Source: Nannocystis bainbridge (GTDB lineage Bacteria; Myxococcota_A; Polyangia; Nannocystales; Nannocystaceae). Taken from it: a stretch of DNA of 64,000 nt. The notes below the pieces were generated by a model that saw nothing but the letters and a program-made list of their open reading frames with translations, searched no databases and was not told where the DNA came from. The stretch is from contig NZ_JAQNDL010000005.1 of the NCBI RefSeq assembly GCF_028368995.1, forward strand, positions 288,001 to 352,000, given 5' to 3'. The translations under genes were made by a program, and so were the position numbers. Below are positions 9,587-18,889 of the stretch, in pieces; the stretch's first letter is position 1; each line of letters begins with the position of its first letter.

Positions 9587-12500
9587 GCGGCGGGCCCTCC
9601 GATCCGCCCGGCGCCGGCGGATCCTCGCTGCGTTTGATCGTCGGCCTCGCCCGCGCGATCGCCCAGACGCGCGACGATCCCGCGGCGGTCGCCGAGGTCG
9701 CCACGCGCGCCCTCGTCCACGAATTCGCCGACGGCAGCGCCGTCACCCTCGGGGCCGACCTCGACATCCGCGCCTACGCGCACCGCGATCCCGGCGCCGA
9801 GGAGCTGCTGCGCGACAACTTCGGCGGCATGCCGCTGGGGCTGCTGCCGGCCGGGCGGGTGATCGCCAGCGGTCGCCCGATCTTCCACCCCCAGATGCCG
9901 GCCGAATTCGCCGCCGACCTGTCGCCCGAGCTGCGCGCCTTCGTCCGGCGCTATGAGGTCGCCAGCGTCATCATCGTCCCGATCCGGGCCGAGGACGCCG
10001 TCGTCGGCGCGCTGTCGCTGTGGCGCGAGCATGGGCGCCCGCCGTTCGACGACGACGACCTCGACACCGCCCACGTGTGCGCCGAGCACGTCGGCCTCGC
10101 GCTCGAGCACGCCCTCGTGTTCCGCGCCCTGCGGGACCGCGAGGCCCGCTTCGAGCTGGCCGTGCGGGCCACCCAGGAGGTCCTGTGGGACTGGGACGTC
10201 ACCACCCACGAGGTCCTGTGGGGCGACGCCATGGACGAGACGCTGGCCTGGCCGCGCGACCAGGTGCGGTCGACCTTCGGCTGGTGGGCCGACCACATCC
10301 ACCCCGACGATCGCGCGCGCGTGCTGGCCGAGATCGAGGTCATCATCCGCGACAACGCGGACCGCGAGCGCTGGCAGCTCGAGTACCGGTTCTGCCGCGG
10401 CGACGGCGGCTGGGCCGACATCATCGATCGCGGGTTCGTCCAGCGCGACGATCACGGTCGCCTGCGGCGGCTGGTCGGCGCCATGCAGGACGTGAGCGAT
10501 CGGGTCGCGGTCACCCGGCGGCTGGCCCGGCGCGAGGCCAGCTATCGGGCCTTCATCGCCGCCTGCGACGAGGCCATCTGGTGCCTCGAGGGCGACGAGC
10601 CGGTCGCCACCGAATTGCCCGCCGACGCCCAGATCGACCTGTGGTACGCCCGCTGGCAGATCCGCGAGTGCAACGACGCCATGGCCCGCCTGCACGGCTA
10701 CGAGCGGGCCGACGAGCTGCGCGGCGCCGACATGGGCCTGGTGTTCCCGCGCGACGACCCGCGCCTGTGCGAGCTCCACCGCGCCTTCATCGCCCGCGGC
10801 CACCGCCTCGTCGACTTCGAGCTCGTCGAGCCCGATCGCGGCGGCGGCGAGCGGCGCTCCCTCTGCTCGCTGCTCGGCACCGTCGACGACGGCCGCCTGC
10901 ACCGCGTCTGGGGCACCCGGCGCGACGTCACCGCCCTGCTCCGCCAGGCCACCGGGCTGACCCGCGACCGGCCCGCACGCGCGCAGACCGACCCGCGCGC
11001 CGAGGACCTGCCCGGGCTCCTGCGCGCCGGCCAGCTCGGCACCTGGAGCCTCGATCCCGGCACCGACGTCCCCGTGCTGTCGCGCGAGCTCGCCGACATC
11101 CTCGGCCGACCGCCCGAAGGCGACGCCGACCCGTGGGCGGCCGTCCACCCCGAGGACCGCGCCCGCGTGCGGGCCGAGCTGCACGCCGCCGCCGCGGCCC
11201 GGGGCGACTACGCGATCGAGTTCCGCTTCGTCCGCGCCGACACCGGCGCGCTCGGGTGGATGGAGGTCCGCGGCCGCGCCTCGCACGACGCGTCTGGTCG
11301 CGCCACCGCGATCCATGGGATAGGTATCGACATCACCCGCCGCAAGCAGGTCGAGCTCGACCTGCGGGACAGCGAGCAACTGTTCGCGCGGGCCTTCGGC
11401 AAGAACCCCAACCCGATGACCGTCAACGCGATCCCCGGCGGCGAGTACCTCGAGGTCAACGAGGCCGCCATCCGCGCCCACGGGTTCTCGCGCGAGGAGA
11501 TGCTCGGCAAGTCCCCGCGCCAGCTCGGCGTGCTCGTCGACGCCGACGACATCGACCGCTTCGACCGCCTGCTCGGCCAGCGCCACCCCGTCCGCGACCT
11601 CGAGATGCGGCTGCGCAGCAAGGCCGGCCGGGCCTTCAGCGTGCTCATGTCGGCCGAGCGCATCGAGTACCGCCAGCGCCCCTGCGTCCTCACCGTCGCC
11701 GTCGACGTCAGCGCCCGCAAGCGGGCCGAGTGGGCCCTGCTCGAGAGCGAGGAGCGCTTCCGCCAGATCGCCGCCACCATCGACGAGGCGTTCTGGTTGA
11801 TGGAGTTCTCGCCGTACTGGCGCTTCGTCTACGTCAGCCCCGGCTGGGAGCACGCCTGGCGCCGCGCCCCCGAGGACCTCTACGGCGACCCTACCCTGTG
11901 GACCCGCGCGATCCACCCCGACGACCGCGTCGCCGCCGAGAGCTCGCAGCGCGACCTCGTCACTGGCGCGGTCGACTTCCGCGACCTCGAGTACCGCGTC
12001 GTCCGCCCCGACGGCGCCGTGCGGTGGATCCGCGACCGCGGCACCCTCATCCGCGACGCCAGCGGGCGCCCGTGGCGGGCCGCCGGCATCGCCGAGGACA
12101 TCACCGAGCGCAAGCTGGCCGAGCGCGAGCGCGAGCGGCTGGTGTCCGACCTGCAGGTCGCGATCGCCGTGCGCGACGATTTCCTCTCGGTCGCCTCGCA
12201 CGAGCTGCGGACCCCGCTCACCGCGCTCGGCTTCCACCTCGAGCATTTGGTGCGGCTGGTCGCGCGCGGCGAACACGACCCCGAGGTGCTCGGCCGCAAG
12301 GTCGACGGCGCGATCCGGCAGATCGGGCGGGTCACCGCGCTGGTCGACAGCCTGATCCACGTCAGCCGCATGAGCCTCGGCCGGCTCTCGCTCGACCTCA
12401 CCGAGTTCGACCTCGTCGACCTCGTGCGCGACCTCGTGGCCCGCATCGGCCCCGACGCCCAGCGGGCCCGCTGCGACGTCCGCGTCGACGTGCCCGCCGA

Positions 12501-12855
12501 GCTGCCCGGCGCCTGGGACCGCAAGCAGCTCGACCAGGCGCTGCACAACCTCCTCGCCAACGCCCTCAAGTACGGCGCCGGCCGCCCGGTCGACGTGCGC
12601 GTGCACGACTGCGGGCGCGTCGTCGTGATCGAGGTCCAGGACCGCGGGATCGGCATCGCCGACGAGGACCGCCCGCGGATCTTCGACCGCTTCGAGCGCG
12701 CCGTCTCGTCGGCTCACTACGGCGGCTTCGGCCTCGGCCTCTACATCGCCCGGCGGATCGTCGAGGCCCACGGCGGCGCCCTCGAGGTCACCAGCACCCC
12801 TGGCCAGGGCTCGACCTTCCGCCTGCAGCTCCCGCGGCAGGCCGCGCAACCATGA
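9583..12855 (+). CDS. GAF/multi-PAS sensor histidine kinase
   Basis: ATGA overlap with the upstream stop. GAF, several PAS domains, SHELRTPL, NLLANALKY, DRGIGI, GFGLGL. Confidence 0.93.
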   Translation: MSGGPSDPPGAGGSSLRLIVGLARAIAQTRDDPAAVAEVATRALVHEFADGSAVTLGADLDIRAYAHRDPGAEELLRDNFGGMPLGLLPAGRVIASGRPIFHPQMPAEFAADLSPELRAFVRRYEVASVIIVPIRAEDAVVGALSLWREHGRPPFDDDDLDTAHVCAEHVGLALEHALVFRALRDREARFELAVRATQEVLWDWDVTTHEVLWGDAMDETLAWPRDQVRSTFGWWADHIHPDDRARVLAEIEVIIRDNADRERWQLEYRFCRGDGGWADIIDRGFVQRDDHGRLRRLVGAMQDVSDRVAVTRRLARREASYRAFIAACDEAIWCLEGDEPVATELPADAQIDLWYARWQIRECNDAMARLHGYERADELRGADMGLVFPRDDPRLCELHRAFIARGHRLVDFELVEPDRGGGERRSLCSLLGTVDDGRLHRVWGTRRDVTALLRQATGLTRDRPARAQTDPRAEDLPGLLRAGQLGTWSLDPGTDVPVLSRELADILGRPPEGDADPWAAVHPEDRARVRAELHAAAAARGDYAIEFRFVRADTGALGWMEVRGRASHDASGRATAIHGIGIDITRRKQVELDLRDSEQLFARAFGKNPNPMTVNAIPGGEYLEVNEAAIRAHGFSREEMLGKSPRQLGVLVDADDIDRFDRLLGQRHPVRDLEMRLRSKAGRAFSVLMSAERIEYRQRPCVLTVAVDVSARKRAEWALLESEERFRQIAATIDEAFWLMEFSPYWRFVYVSPGWEHAWRRAPEDLYGDPTLWTRAIHPDDRVAAESSQRDLVTGAVDFRDLEYRVVRPDGAVRWIRDRGTLIRDASGRPWRAAGIAEDITERKLAERERERLVSDLQVAIAVRDDFLSVASHELRTPLTALGFHLEHLVRLVARGEHDPEVLGRKVDGAIRQIGRVTALVDSLIHVSRMSLGRLSLDLTEFDLVDLVRDLVARIGPDAQRARCDVRVDVPAELPGAWDRKQLDQALHNLLANALKYGAGRPVDVRVHDCGRVVVIEVQDRGIGIADEDRPRIFDRFERAVSSAHYGGFGLGLYIARRIVEAHGGALEVTSTPGQGSTFRLQLPRQAAQP

Positions 12856-12875
12856 ACGAGGACAAGGAGGGATTG

Positions 12876-13253
12876 ATGAACCGCGCACCGATCATCCTCA
12901 TCGTCGAAGACGACCGCGACATCCGCGACGTGCTCGCCGAGATCCTCGCCGAGGAGGGCTACCAGGTCCTGGTCGCCGAGGACGGGGCCGACGGGCTGCG
13001 CCGGCTCGCCGAGGGCCCGCTGCCCGACCTCATCCTCCTCGACCTCATGATGCCGCGCATGGACGGCTACCAGTTCCGCGAGGAGCAGCGGAAGAACCCG
13101 GCCTGGAGCGGCATCCCGCTGGTCCTGCTGACCGCCGGCGTCGAGACCTCCGACAAGATCACCGCTCTCGGCGCGCTCGACATCGTGCGCAAGCCGGTGA
13201 AGATCGACTTCTTGCTCGACCTCATCGGCGCCGCCGTCCGTCGCGCCGCGTGA
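12876..13253 (+). CDS. Single-domain response regulator (receiver)
   Basis: ILIVEDD, PDLILLDLMMPRMDG, KP. AAGGAGG precedes ATG 12876; alternative start 12852 overlaps the kinase stop. Confidence 0.93.
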   Translation: MNRAPIILIVEDDRDIRDVLAEILAEEGYQVLVAEDGADGLRRLAEGPLPDLILLDLMMPRMDGYQFREEQRKNPAWSGIPLVLLTAGVETSDKITALGALDIVRKPVKIDFLLDLIGAAVRRAA

Positions 13254-13262
13254 GCGCGGCCG

Positions 13263-14174
13263 TCACCCGCGCGGCGCGACCGGCCTGCGATCGGTCGCCA
13301 GCCAGCCGGCGCTGACCGCCAGGATCACCGCCCCGATCCACGCCAGCGGATCGACCTCCTCGTGGAACAGCCAGATCCCGGCCAGCATCGCCAGCAACAC
13401 CTGGACATAGCCCAGCGCCGTCGCTCGTCCGGCCCGCACCAAATGAAGGCCGCGGGTCATGCTCTGCTGATGAAGAAACGTGCACGCCCCGATCGCCAGG
13501 AGGATGGTCCACTCCAGCGGATCGGGCGGGACCCACGCGTGCCACGCCCACGGCGCCGCCAGGATCGACGCCACCAGCGCGTTGTAAAACACCACCCGCA
13601 CCGGGTGCTCGGTCGACCGCAGCTCGCGGATCATGACGTACACCCCGGCCGAGATGACCGCCCCGATCACCGCCACCGTCAGCGCGAACGGATCGGCGGA
13701 CGTCTCCCCCGCGCCGAACAGCGCCCGCGGCTGGGTCACCAGCACCACCCCGACGAAGCAGCCGACGATGAAGCCGGTCTCGCGGCGCTCCAGCGCCTCG
13801 CCGAGGACCACCGTCGCCAGCAGCAGCGTGAACACCGGGTGGGTGTAATGAATGACGATCGCGTCGGCGATCGGCAGGTGCATCAGCGCATAGAAGTAAC
13901 AGACCAGGGCGATGAACCCGAGCAGCCCGCGCAGCGCCAGCATCGTGCGCCGCGTGCCCCATACGGGGATGTCACCACGCGCGAGCGTCCCCCGGGCGAA
14001 AGCGACCGCCACGACGCTGCGCACCAGAATCACCTCCGGGAGCGGAATGCGCGCCCCGACGAGCTTCGCGAGCACGCTGAGTCCGCTGAACAGAATCGCG
14101 GCCGTGACGAGCAGGGTCACGCCTCGCTGCGTGCCCGCCGCCTCCGCATCCTGCGGGTTCTCGACGACACCCAC
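13263..14174 (-). CDS. DMT/EamA family transporter
   Basis: About 10 TM segments in two EamA repeats (LRGLLG, YTHPVF..LLA..VLGE). Start codon uncertain. Confidence 0.88.
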   Translation of the reverse strand: MGVVENPQDAEAAGTQRGVTLLVTAAILFSGLSVLAKLVGARIPLPEVILVRSVVAVAFARGTLARGDIPVWGTRRTMLALRGLLGFIALVCYFYALMHLPIADAIVIHYTHPVFTLLLATVVLGEALERRETGFIVGCFVGVVLVTQPRALFGAGETSADPFALTVAVIGAVISAGVYVMIRELRSTEHPVRVVFYNALVASILAAPWAWHAWVPPDPLEWTILLAIGACTFLHQQSMTRGLHLVRAGRATALGYVQVLLAMLAGIWLFHEEVDPLAWIGAVILAVSAGWLATDRRPVAPRG

Positions 14175-14296
14175 GCGACCGAAACTGTACCATGACGACA
14201 CGACGTTCGCATGAGCTTCGCAGTCCACCGCGCCTCCGAGGGCACCGCGATCGGCGGTGACGTCGCGGGCGTCGCCGCCGGCCCGGAGCGCGCGGC

Positions 14297-15943
14297 TTGA
14301 GTCGATCGAGCCTCGCCATCGACCCCGCGAATCGGCACCTCATCGAGCTGTTGTCGGGCATCTCCTCGGGCCTCGCCTCGGTCAACGACCTCGGCAGCTT
14401 CGCGCAGGAGATCGGGCGCGCGCTCGATCAGCTGTGCGACGCCGAGTACATCGCGCTGTACCTGTGGGACTTCGATGCGCGGCGGCTGCGGACCTTCGCC
14501 GGCCGCGGGTTCTCGCCGGCCGAGGTCGCCGAGGCCGAGCGCACCGCGTGGGACCGCCACCCCGGCAGCGTCTTCCGCGAGCCGCGGCTGCTGCACGTGC
14601 CCGACGTCTTGCTCGACCAGGACCAGCAGACCCAGAACAGCGCCCGCAGCTTCGTCGTGCGCGCGCGCCTGTTCATGCCGGTGATGTGCCGCGACGAGGT
14701 GCTCGGCGTGATCGGCCTCGCCTCCGGCACGCCCAACCGCTTCACCGACGGCGACATCGCCGTGCTCGGCTTCATCAGCAAGCTCACCGGCGTCGTCTAC
14801 CGCCAGCTGCTCGATCGCACCCAGCGGCAGCGCGCCGAGAGCTCGCTCGCCACCACCGCGCGGCGCCTCCAGCTCGTCGTCGACGCGCTCCCGATCGCCC
14901 TCCTCAGCCTCGATCCTGGCTCGCGCCGGATCTCCCTCGCCGAGGGCGCCGGCCTGCGTCAGCTCGGCCTCGACCCCGCAGCTTGCCTCGGCGCCGTCGC
15001 CGACCACGCCCTCGCCGGCTTCCCCGGCCTCCGCGACGCCGTCCAGCGGGCCGCCGTCGGCGACGCCATGGCCGAGCAGCTCGCCATGGGCGAGCGCGTC
15101 ATCTCGTTCCAGTCGGCCCCTCACCGCGGCGGCGAGCTGACCGTCCTGCTGTTCGACATCACCGACCTGCGGCGCGCCCTCGACGAGCTCACCCTCGCCA
15201 ACAGCGACCTCGAGCAGGCGCGCGACCAGGCGCTCGAGGCCACGCGGGCCAAGAGCTCGTTCCTCGCGGCGATGAGCCACGAGCTGCGCACCCCGCTCAA
15301 CGCCATCATCGGCTACACCGAACTGCTGCTCGAGGAGCACGCCGAGCTCGCCTCGCCCGGGTTCGCCGCCGACCTCGAGCGCGTCGCCTCGTCGGCGAGG
15401 CACCTGCTCGGCCTCATCAGCGACGTGCTCGACCTCTCGAAGATCGAGGCCGGCAAGTTCGCCCTCCACCCCGAGGACATCGACCTCGGCGCCCTGCTCG
15501 GCAGCATCGACGCCGCCTGTCGCCCCGGCCAGCAGCGCCGCGGCAACCGCTTCGTCCTCGACGTCCCCGAGCCGCTGCCGGCCCTGCACGCCGACGCCAC
15601 CGCCGTGCGCGGGATCCTCATCAACCTCCTCGGCAACGCCCACAAGTTCACCCAGCACGGCACCGTCACCCTGCGGATCCGCGAACACACCGAGGCCGGC
15701 GCCCGCCGGATCGTGTTCGTCGTCGAGGACACCGGCATCGGCATGAGCGAGCCGCAGCTGCGCCGGATCTTCGACAACTTCACCCAGGCCGACGCCTCGA
15801 TCTCCCGCCGCTTCGGCGGCACCGGCCTCGGCCTCGCCATCTCCCTCAACTTCGTCCAGCTGATGGGCGGCGACATCTCCGTCACCAGCGCCCCCGGCGT
15901 CGGCTCGGCCTTCACGTTCTGGCTGCCAGCCGGTAAGTCATAA
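14297..15943 (+). CDS. GAF sensor histidine kinase
   Basis: N-terminal GAF, AKSSFLAAMSHELRTPLNAIIG, NLLGNAHKFT, DTGIGM, GGTGLGL. No receiver domain. Confidence 0.92.
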   Translation: MSRSSLAIDPANRHLIELLSGISSGLASVNDLGSFAQEIGRALDQLCDAEYIALYLWDFDARRLRTFAGRGFSPAEVAEAERTAWDRHPGSVFREPRLLHVPDVLLDQDQQTQNSARSFVVRARLFMPVMCRDEVLGVIGLASGTPNRFTDGDIAVLGFISKLTGVVYRQLLDRTQRQRAESSLATTARRLQLVVDALPIALLSLDPGSRRISLAEGAGLRQLGLDPAACLGAVADHALAGFPGLRDAVQRAAVGDAMAEQLAMGERVISFQSAPHRGGELTVLLFDITDLRRALDELTLANSDLEQARDQALEATRAKSSFLAAMSHELRTPLNAIIGYTELLLEEHAELASPGFAADLERVASSARHLLGLISDVLDLSKIEAGKFALHPEDIDLGALLGSIDAACRPGQQRRGNRFVLDVPEPLPALHADATAVRGILINLLGNAHKFTQHGTVTLRIREHTEAGARRIVFVVEDTGIGMSEPQLRRIFDNFTQADASISRRFGGTGLGLAISLNFVQLMGGDISVTSAPGVGSAFTFWLPAGKS

Positions 15944-15949
15944 AAGACT

Positions 15950-16136
15950 GGACTTGCCCCATCGGGCATGTCCCATGGTGCATGTCTTGGAGAGCATGTC
16001 GCTCCGAACATGCTCTAGAGCGCATGTCCCCGGGGACATGCGCTCTATCCGGCTCCGACCCTTCGACGCCATCGGCCCACACTCGTGCGACAAGCGCCTT
16101 CGAGCATGCCTTTAAAAGCATGCTCTTAGGGGCAGC
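15950..16136. repeat. Two 14-bp-phased arrays of TGTCC-N4-GGACA-type palindromes
   Basis: CWTG cores at 15953, 15967, 15981, 15995, 16009, 16023, 16037. Second run at 16091, 16105, 16119, 16133. Confidence 0.9.
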
Positions 16137-16463
16137 TTACTTCGAGGGCCCTGCCGGCAGCGCCGTCGGCTCGGCCAGCGCCGCCGCCAGCGCTCGCTTG
16201 CGCAGCTCGGCGCGGATGTGGCGCTCGACCAGCCCGCTCACCAGCGTCGGCCACACCAGCGACGCCGCCATCAGCGACCACACCGACCACTGCAGCTTCA
16301 CCATCAAGAAGAACAGCAGCGGCGTGAGCGGCAGCGAGATCGCCACGATCAGCGGGCGAAGCAGGAGCTGCCGCTCCGCATCGTTCCAGAACCACCACGT
16401 CGGCAGGAACCCGAGGCGCTGGGGCCGATCCGTCAGGGCGCGGCGGGCAGGGAGCTCGGACAT
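16137..16463 (-). CDS. Small 2-TM membrane protein (LGFxPTxxFWN...GxxERxxR family), putative orphan immunity protein
   Basis: 108-aa ORF with typical codon usage. Shares motifs with both halves of 49830..50393. Confidence 0.7.
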   Translation of the reverse strand: MSELPARRALTDRPQRLGFLPTWWFWNDAERQLLLRPLIVAISLPLTPLLFFLMVKLQWSVWSLMAASLVWPTLVSGLVERHIRAELRKRALAAALAEPTALPAGPSK

Positions 16464-16683
16464 GGGCAGGCCGCTCGAGGTCTAGCACGTGCCGCGGACG
16501 GCTGAGGCCGCAGCCGGCGAGCGATCTGCGCCGCCCGCTTCGTCCCGCCCCGGCGCCACCCCGCGAGCTCCGCGTCGTCACCGCGCGTCGTACATGCGCG
16601 AGGTCTCCGTTTGCACCCCTTGCGAGCGTTGCTCAAGGTCTCGACGCGACCACCCGCGCGGTGGTGGCGACAAGGAGTCGACC

Positions 16684-17160
16684 ATGAATTTCGCACCGCA
16701 GAAGCAACACCAGTGGCTGCAGCAGCTCATCGGCGAGTGGACCTACGAGACCGACCCCTCGGTCGACCCCGGCCCGGGCGGAGCCAGCCGCGGCCGCGAG
16801 ACCGTGCGCGCGCTCGGGGACCTGTGGATCGTCGCCGAGGGCAGCGGCGATCAGCCCGGCAGCAGCCCCGGCGCCTCGCTGATGACCCTCGGCTACGACG
16901 CGCAGAAGGAGCGCTTCGTCGGCACCTGGGTCGGCGCGACGATGCCTCACCTGTGGGTCTACGAGGGCTCGCTCGACGCCAGCGGCCGGCTGCTCAACCT
17001 CGACAGCGAGGGCCCGGCGATGTCGGGCCAGGGCCTCGGGAAGTACCGCGACGTCATCGAGCTCGTCAGCCCGGACCACCGGATCTTCTCGGGCAACGCG
17101 CTGCGGCCCGACGGCTCGTGGCAGCCGCTCATGCGCACGCACTACCACCGCGTCCGCTAG
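16684..17160 (+). CDS. DUF1579 family protein
   Basis: H.WL..L.GEW, TLGYD..K..FVGTW, LW.YEG. AAGGAG RBS. Confidence 0.85.
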   Translation: MNFAPQKQHQWLQQLIGEWTYETDPSVDPGPGGASRGRETVRALGDLWIVAEGSGDQPGSSPGASLMTLGYDAQKERFVGTWVGATMPHLWVYEGSLDASGRLLNLDSEGPAMSGQGLGKYRDVIELVSPDHRIFSGNALRPDGSWQPLMRTHYHRVR

Positions 17161-17211
17161 CCTCGCGCCTGCGGCCTCGCGCGGCCGGCATCGCGCGCTC
17201 GTGCCGGGGAG

Positions 17212-17291
17212 CGACATGCTTCTCGGGACATGCCTCATCGGGCATGTCCTCATGCGCATGACCACACGGGCATGTCCAAACGGACACCTCG
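17212..17291. repeat. 14-bp-phased palindrome array (6 cores)
   Basis: CATG at 17215, 17229, 17243, 17257, 17271; CACC at 17285. Confidence 0.9.
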
Positions 17292-17447
17292 TGGGCGCGC
17301 GCCCCCGTGTCGCCGCGCACCTGTTGGTCCGCCGGCCCCCAGCACCCGGGCAGCCCCGAGTCCGGGTGCTCGCACGTGCGCGCGTGCGGGGAAACTCTCG
17401 ACCTCGCCCTGCAATTTCTGGCCGCCGATCGGCGACTACGACGGCCC

Positions 17448-18038
17448 ATGAAGCGCTCCACCTTCGCCCGCACAGCACCCTGCCTGACCCTCGTCCTCGC
17501 GCTCGCCTGCCAGCCCGACGCTGCCGACAGCACCACCGACGGCGCCAGCGACTCCACCACGCTCGCCACCACGGGCACCGACACCGACGCCCCGACCACG
17601 ACCGAGACCACCAGCGACGAGGCCCAGCCGGCGCCGTGCGACGGCATCCCGCCCGCGCTAGCGAGCGGCGGCGCCGTCGCCGTCGCGGTGATGGACGCGC
17701 CGGACGAGATCAGCGTCCAGCTCAGCGACGACGCGATCACCTGCGCCGAGAACGAGCCGACCCTGACCTGCAAGGGCGACTGGTTCCTGCGCATCAACCT
17801 CCCGCTGGCGGTGCAGACGCCAGGGAACTACGCGCTGAGCGATCTTTCGACCCTCGCGCTCACGGGCGTCGAGGAGTGCAACAGCTCGACCGGCGGCAAC
17901 CTCAAGGGCACGCTGCAGATCGTCTCCGTCGACGAGGTCGAGGTCACGGCCCGGCTGTGCAACCTCGAGGGCGCGTGGGCCGACGCCAACCCGACCGTCG
18001 CCGCCGACTTCAGCTTCGTCGCCCCGCGCTGCCCGTGA
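17448..18038 (+). CDS. Hypothetical lipoprotein with Thr-rich linker and Cys-containing domain
   Basis: MKRSTF...LALAC lipobox, T/D-rich linker, typical codon usage. Confidence 0.75.
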   Translation: MKRSTFARTAPCLTLVLALACQPDAADSTTDGASDSTTLATTGTDTDAPTTTETTSDEAQPAPCDGIPPALASGGAVAVAVMDAPDEISVQLSDDAITCAENEPTLTCKGDWFLRINLPLAVQTPGNYALSDLSTLALTGVEECNSSTGGNLKGTLQIVSVDEVEVTARLCNLEGAWADANPTVAADFSFVAPRCP

Positions 18039-18100
18039 GCGACGGCGGCGGCGCAGGGCGGCGAGGCGCAGCCCCGGCCGCCCTGATAGGCTGACGCAGC

Positions 18101-18805
18101 ATGCCTCCCCGGACGCTCGTGAAGGCCGACCCGCTCGCCGTCGCGGTGACGCGGGCCATCCAGCGCGGCGAGGTCGCCGAGCTGGGGCGGCTGCTCCGCG
18201 ACCACCCCGACCTGGCCACCGCGCAGATCGTCGACGACGACGGCAGCGCCCGCACGCTCCTGCACGTCGCCACCGACTGGCCCGGGCAGTTCCCGGCCGG
18301 CGTCGCGACCGTCCGGGCCCTCGTCGCCGCGGGCGCCGTGATCGACGCCCCGTTCGTCGGCCCGCACCGCGAGACGCCCCTGCACTGGGCCGCCAGCGCC
18401 GACGACATCGCGGTGCTCGACGCGCTGCTCGACGCCGGCGCCGACATCGAGGCGCCGGGCTCCGTCATCGCCGGCGGCACCGCCCTCGCCGACGCGGTGG
18501 CGTTCGGCCAGTGGCGGGCCGCGCGACGGCTGGTCGAGCGCGGCGCCCGGGCCACGCTGTGGCAAGCCGCCGCGCTGGGCCTGACGGCGCAGCTCGAGGC
18601 GGCGCTGGCCGCCTCACCGCCGCGTGAGGCGATCACGAACGCGCTGTGGTGCGCCTGTCACGGCGGCCAGCGACAGACGGCCGAGCTGCTGCTCGCGCAC
18701 GGCGGCGACCCCGAGTGGGTCGGCCACGACGGCCTGACCCCGGCAGCGGCGGCCCGGCGCAGCGGCGCCCACGAGCTCGCGGCCTGGCTGCAGGCGCGCG
18801 ACTGA
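18101..18805 (+). CDS. Ankyrin repeat protein
   Basis: TLLHVA, ETPLHWAAS, LLDAGADIEA, GLTP. Confidence 0.88.
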   Translation: MPPRTLVKADPLAVAVTRAIQRGEVAELGRLLRDHPDLATAQIVDDDGSARTLLHVATDWPGQFPAGVATVRALVAAGAVIDAPFVGPHRETPLHWAASADDIAVLDALLDAGADIEAPGSVIAGGTALADAVAFGQWRAARRLVERGARATLWQAAALGLTAQLEAALAASPPREAITNALWCACHGGQRQTAELLLAHGGDPEWVGHDGLTPAAAARRSGAHELAAWLQARD

Positions 18806-18807
18806 TC

Positions 18808-18887
18808 GCGCATGCCCTTCAGGACATGTCCGTTCGCGCATGCTCATGAGGACATGCTCCATCGAGCATGTCCCCATGGACATCCCG
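18808..18887. repeat. 14-bp-phased palindrome array (6 cores) filling a convergent intergenic gap
   Basis: CATG at 18811, 18825, 18839, 18853, 18867; CATC at 18881. Lies between stops at 18805 and 18890. Confidence 0.92.
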
Positions 18888-18889
18888 CC

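Noticed and set aside
18808-18887. Junction decamer RRRCATGYYY matches the eukaryotic p53 half-site
   Set aside because: Single-unit loci keep TGTCC-N4-GGACA while the outer decamer halves decay, so the decamer looks like a by-product of tandem units. No p53-like protein is expected, so I treat the match as coincidence.
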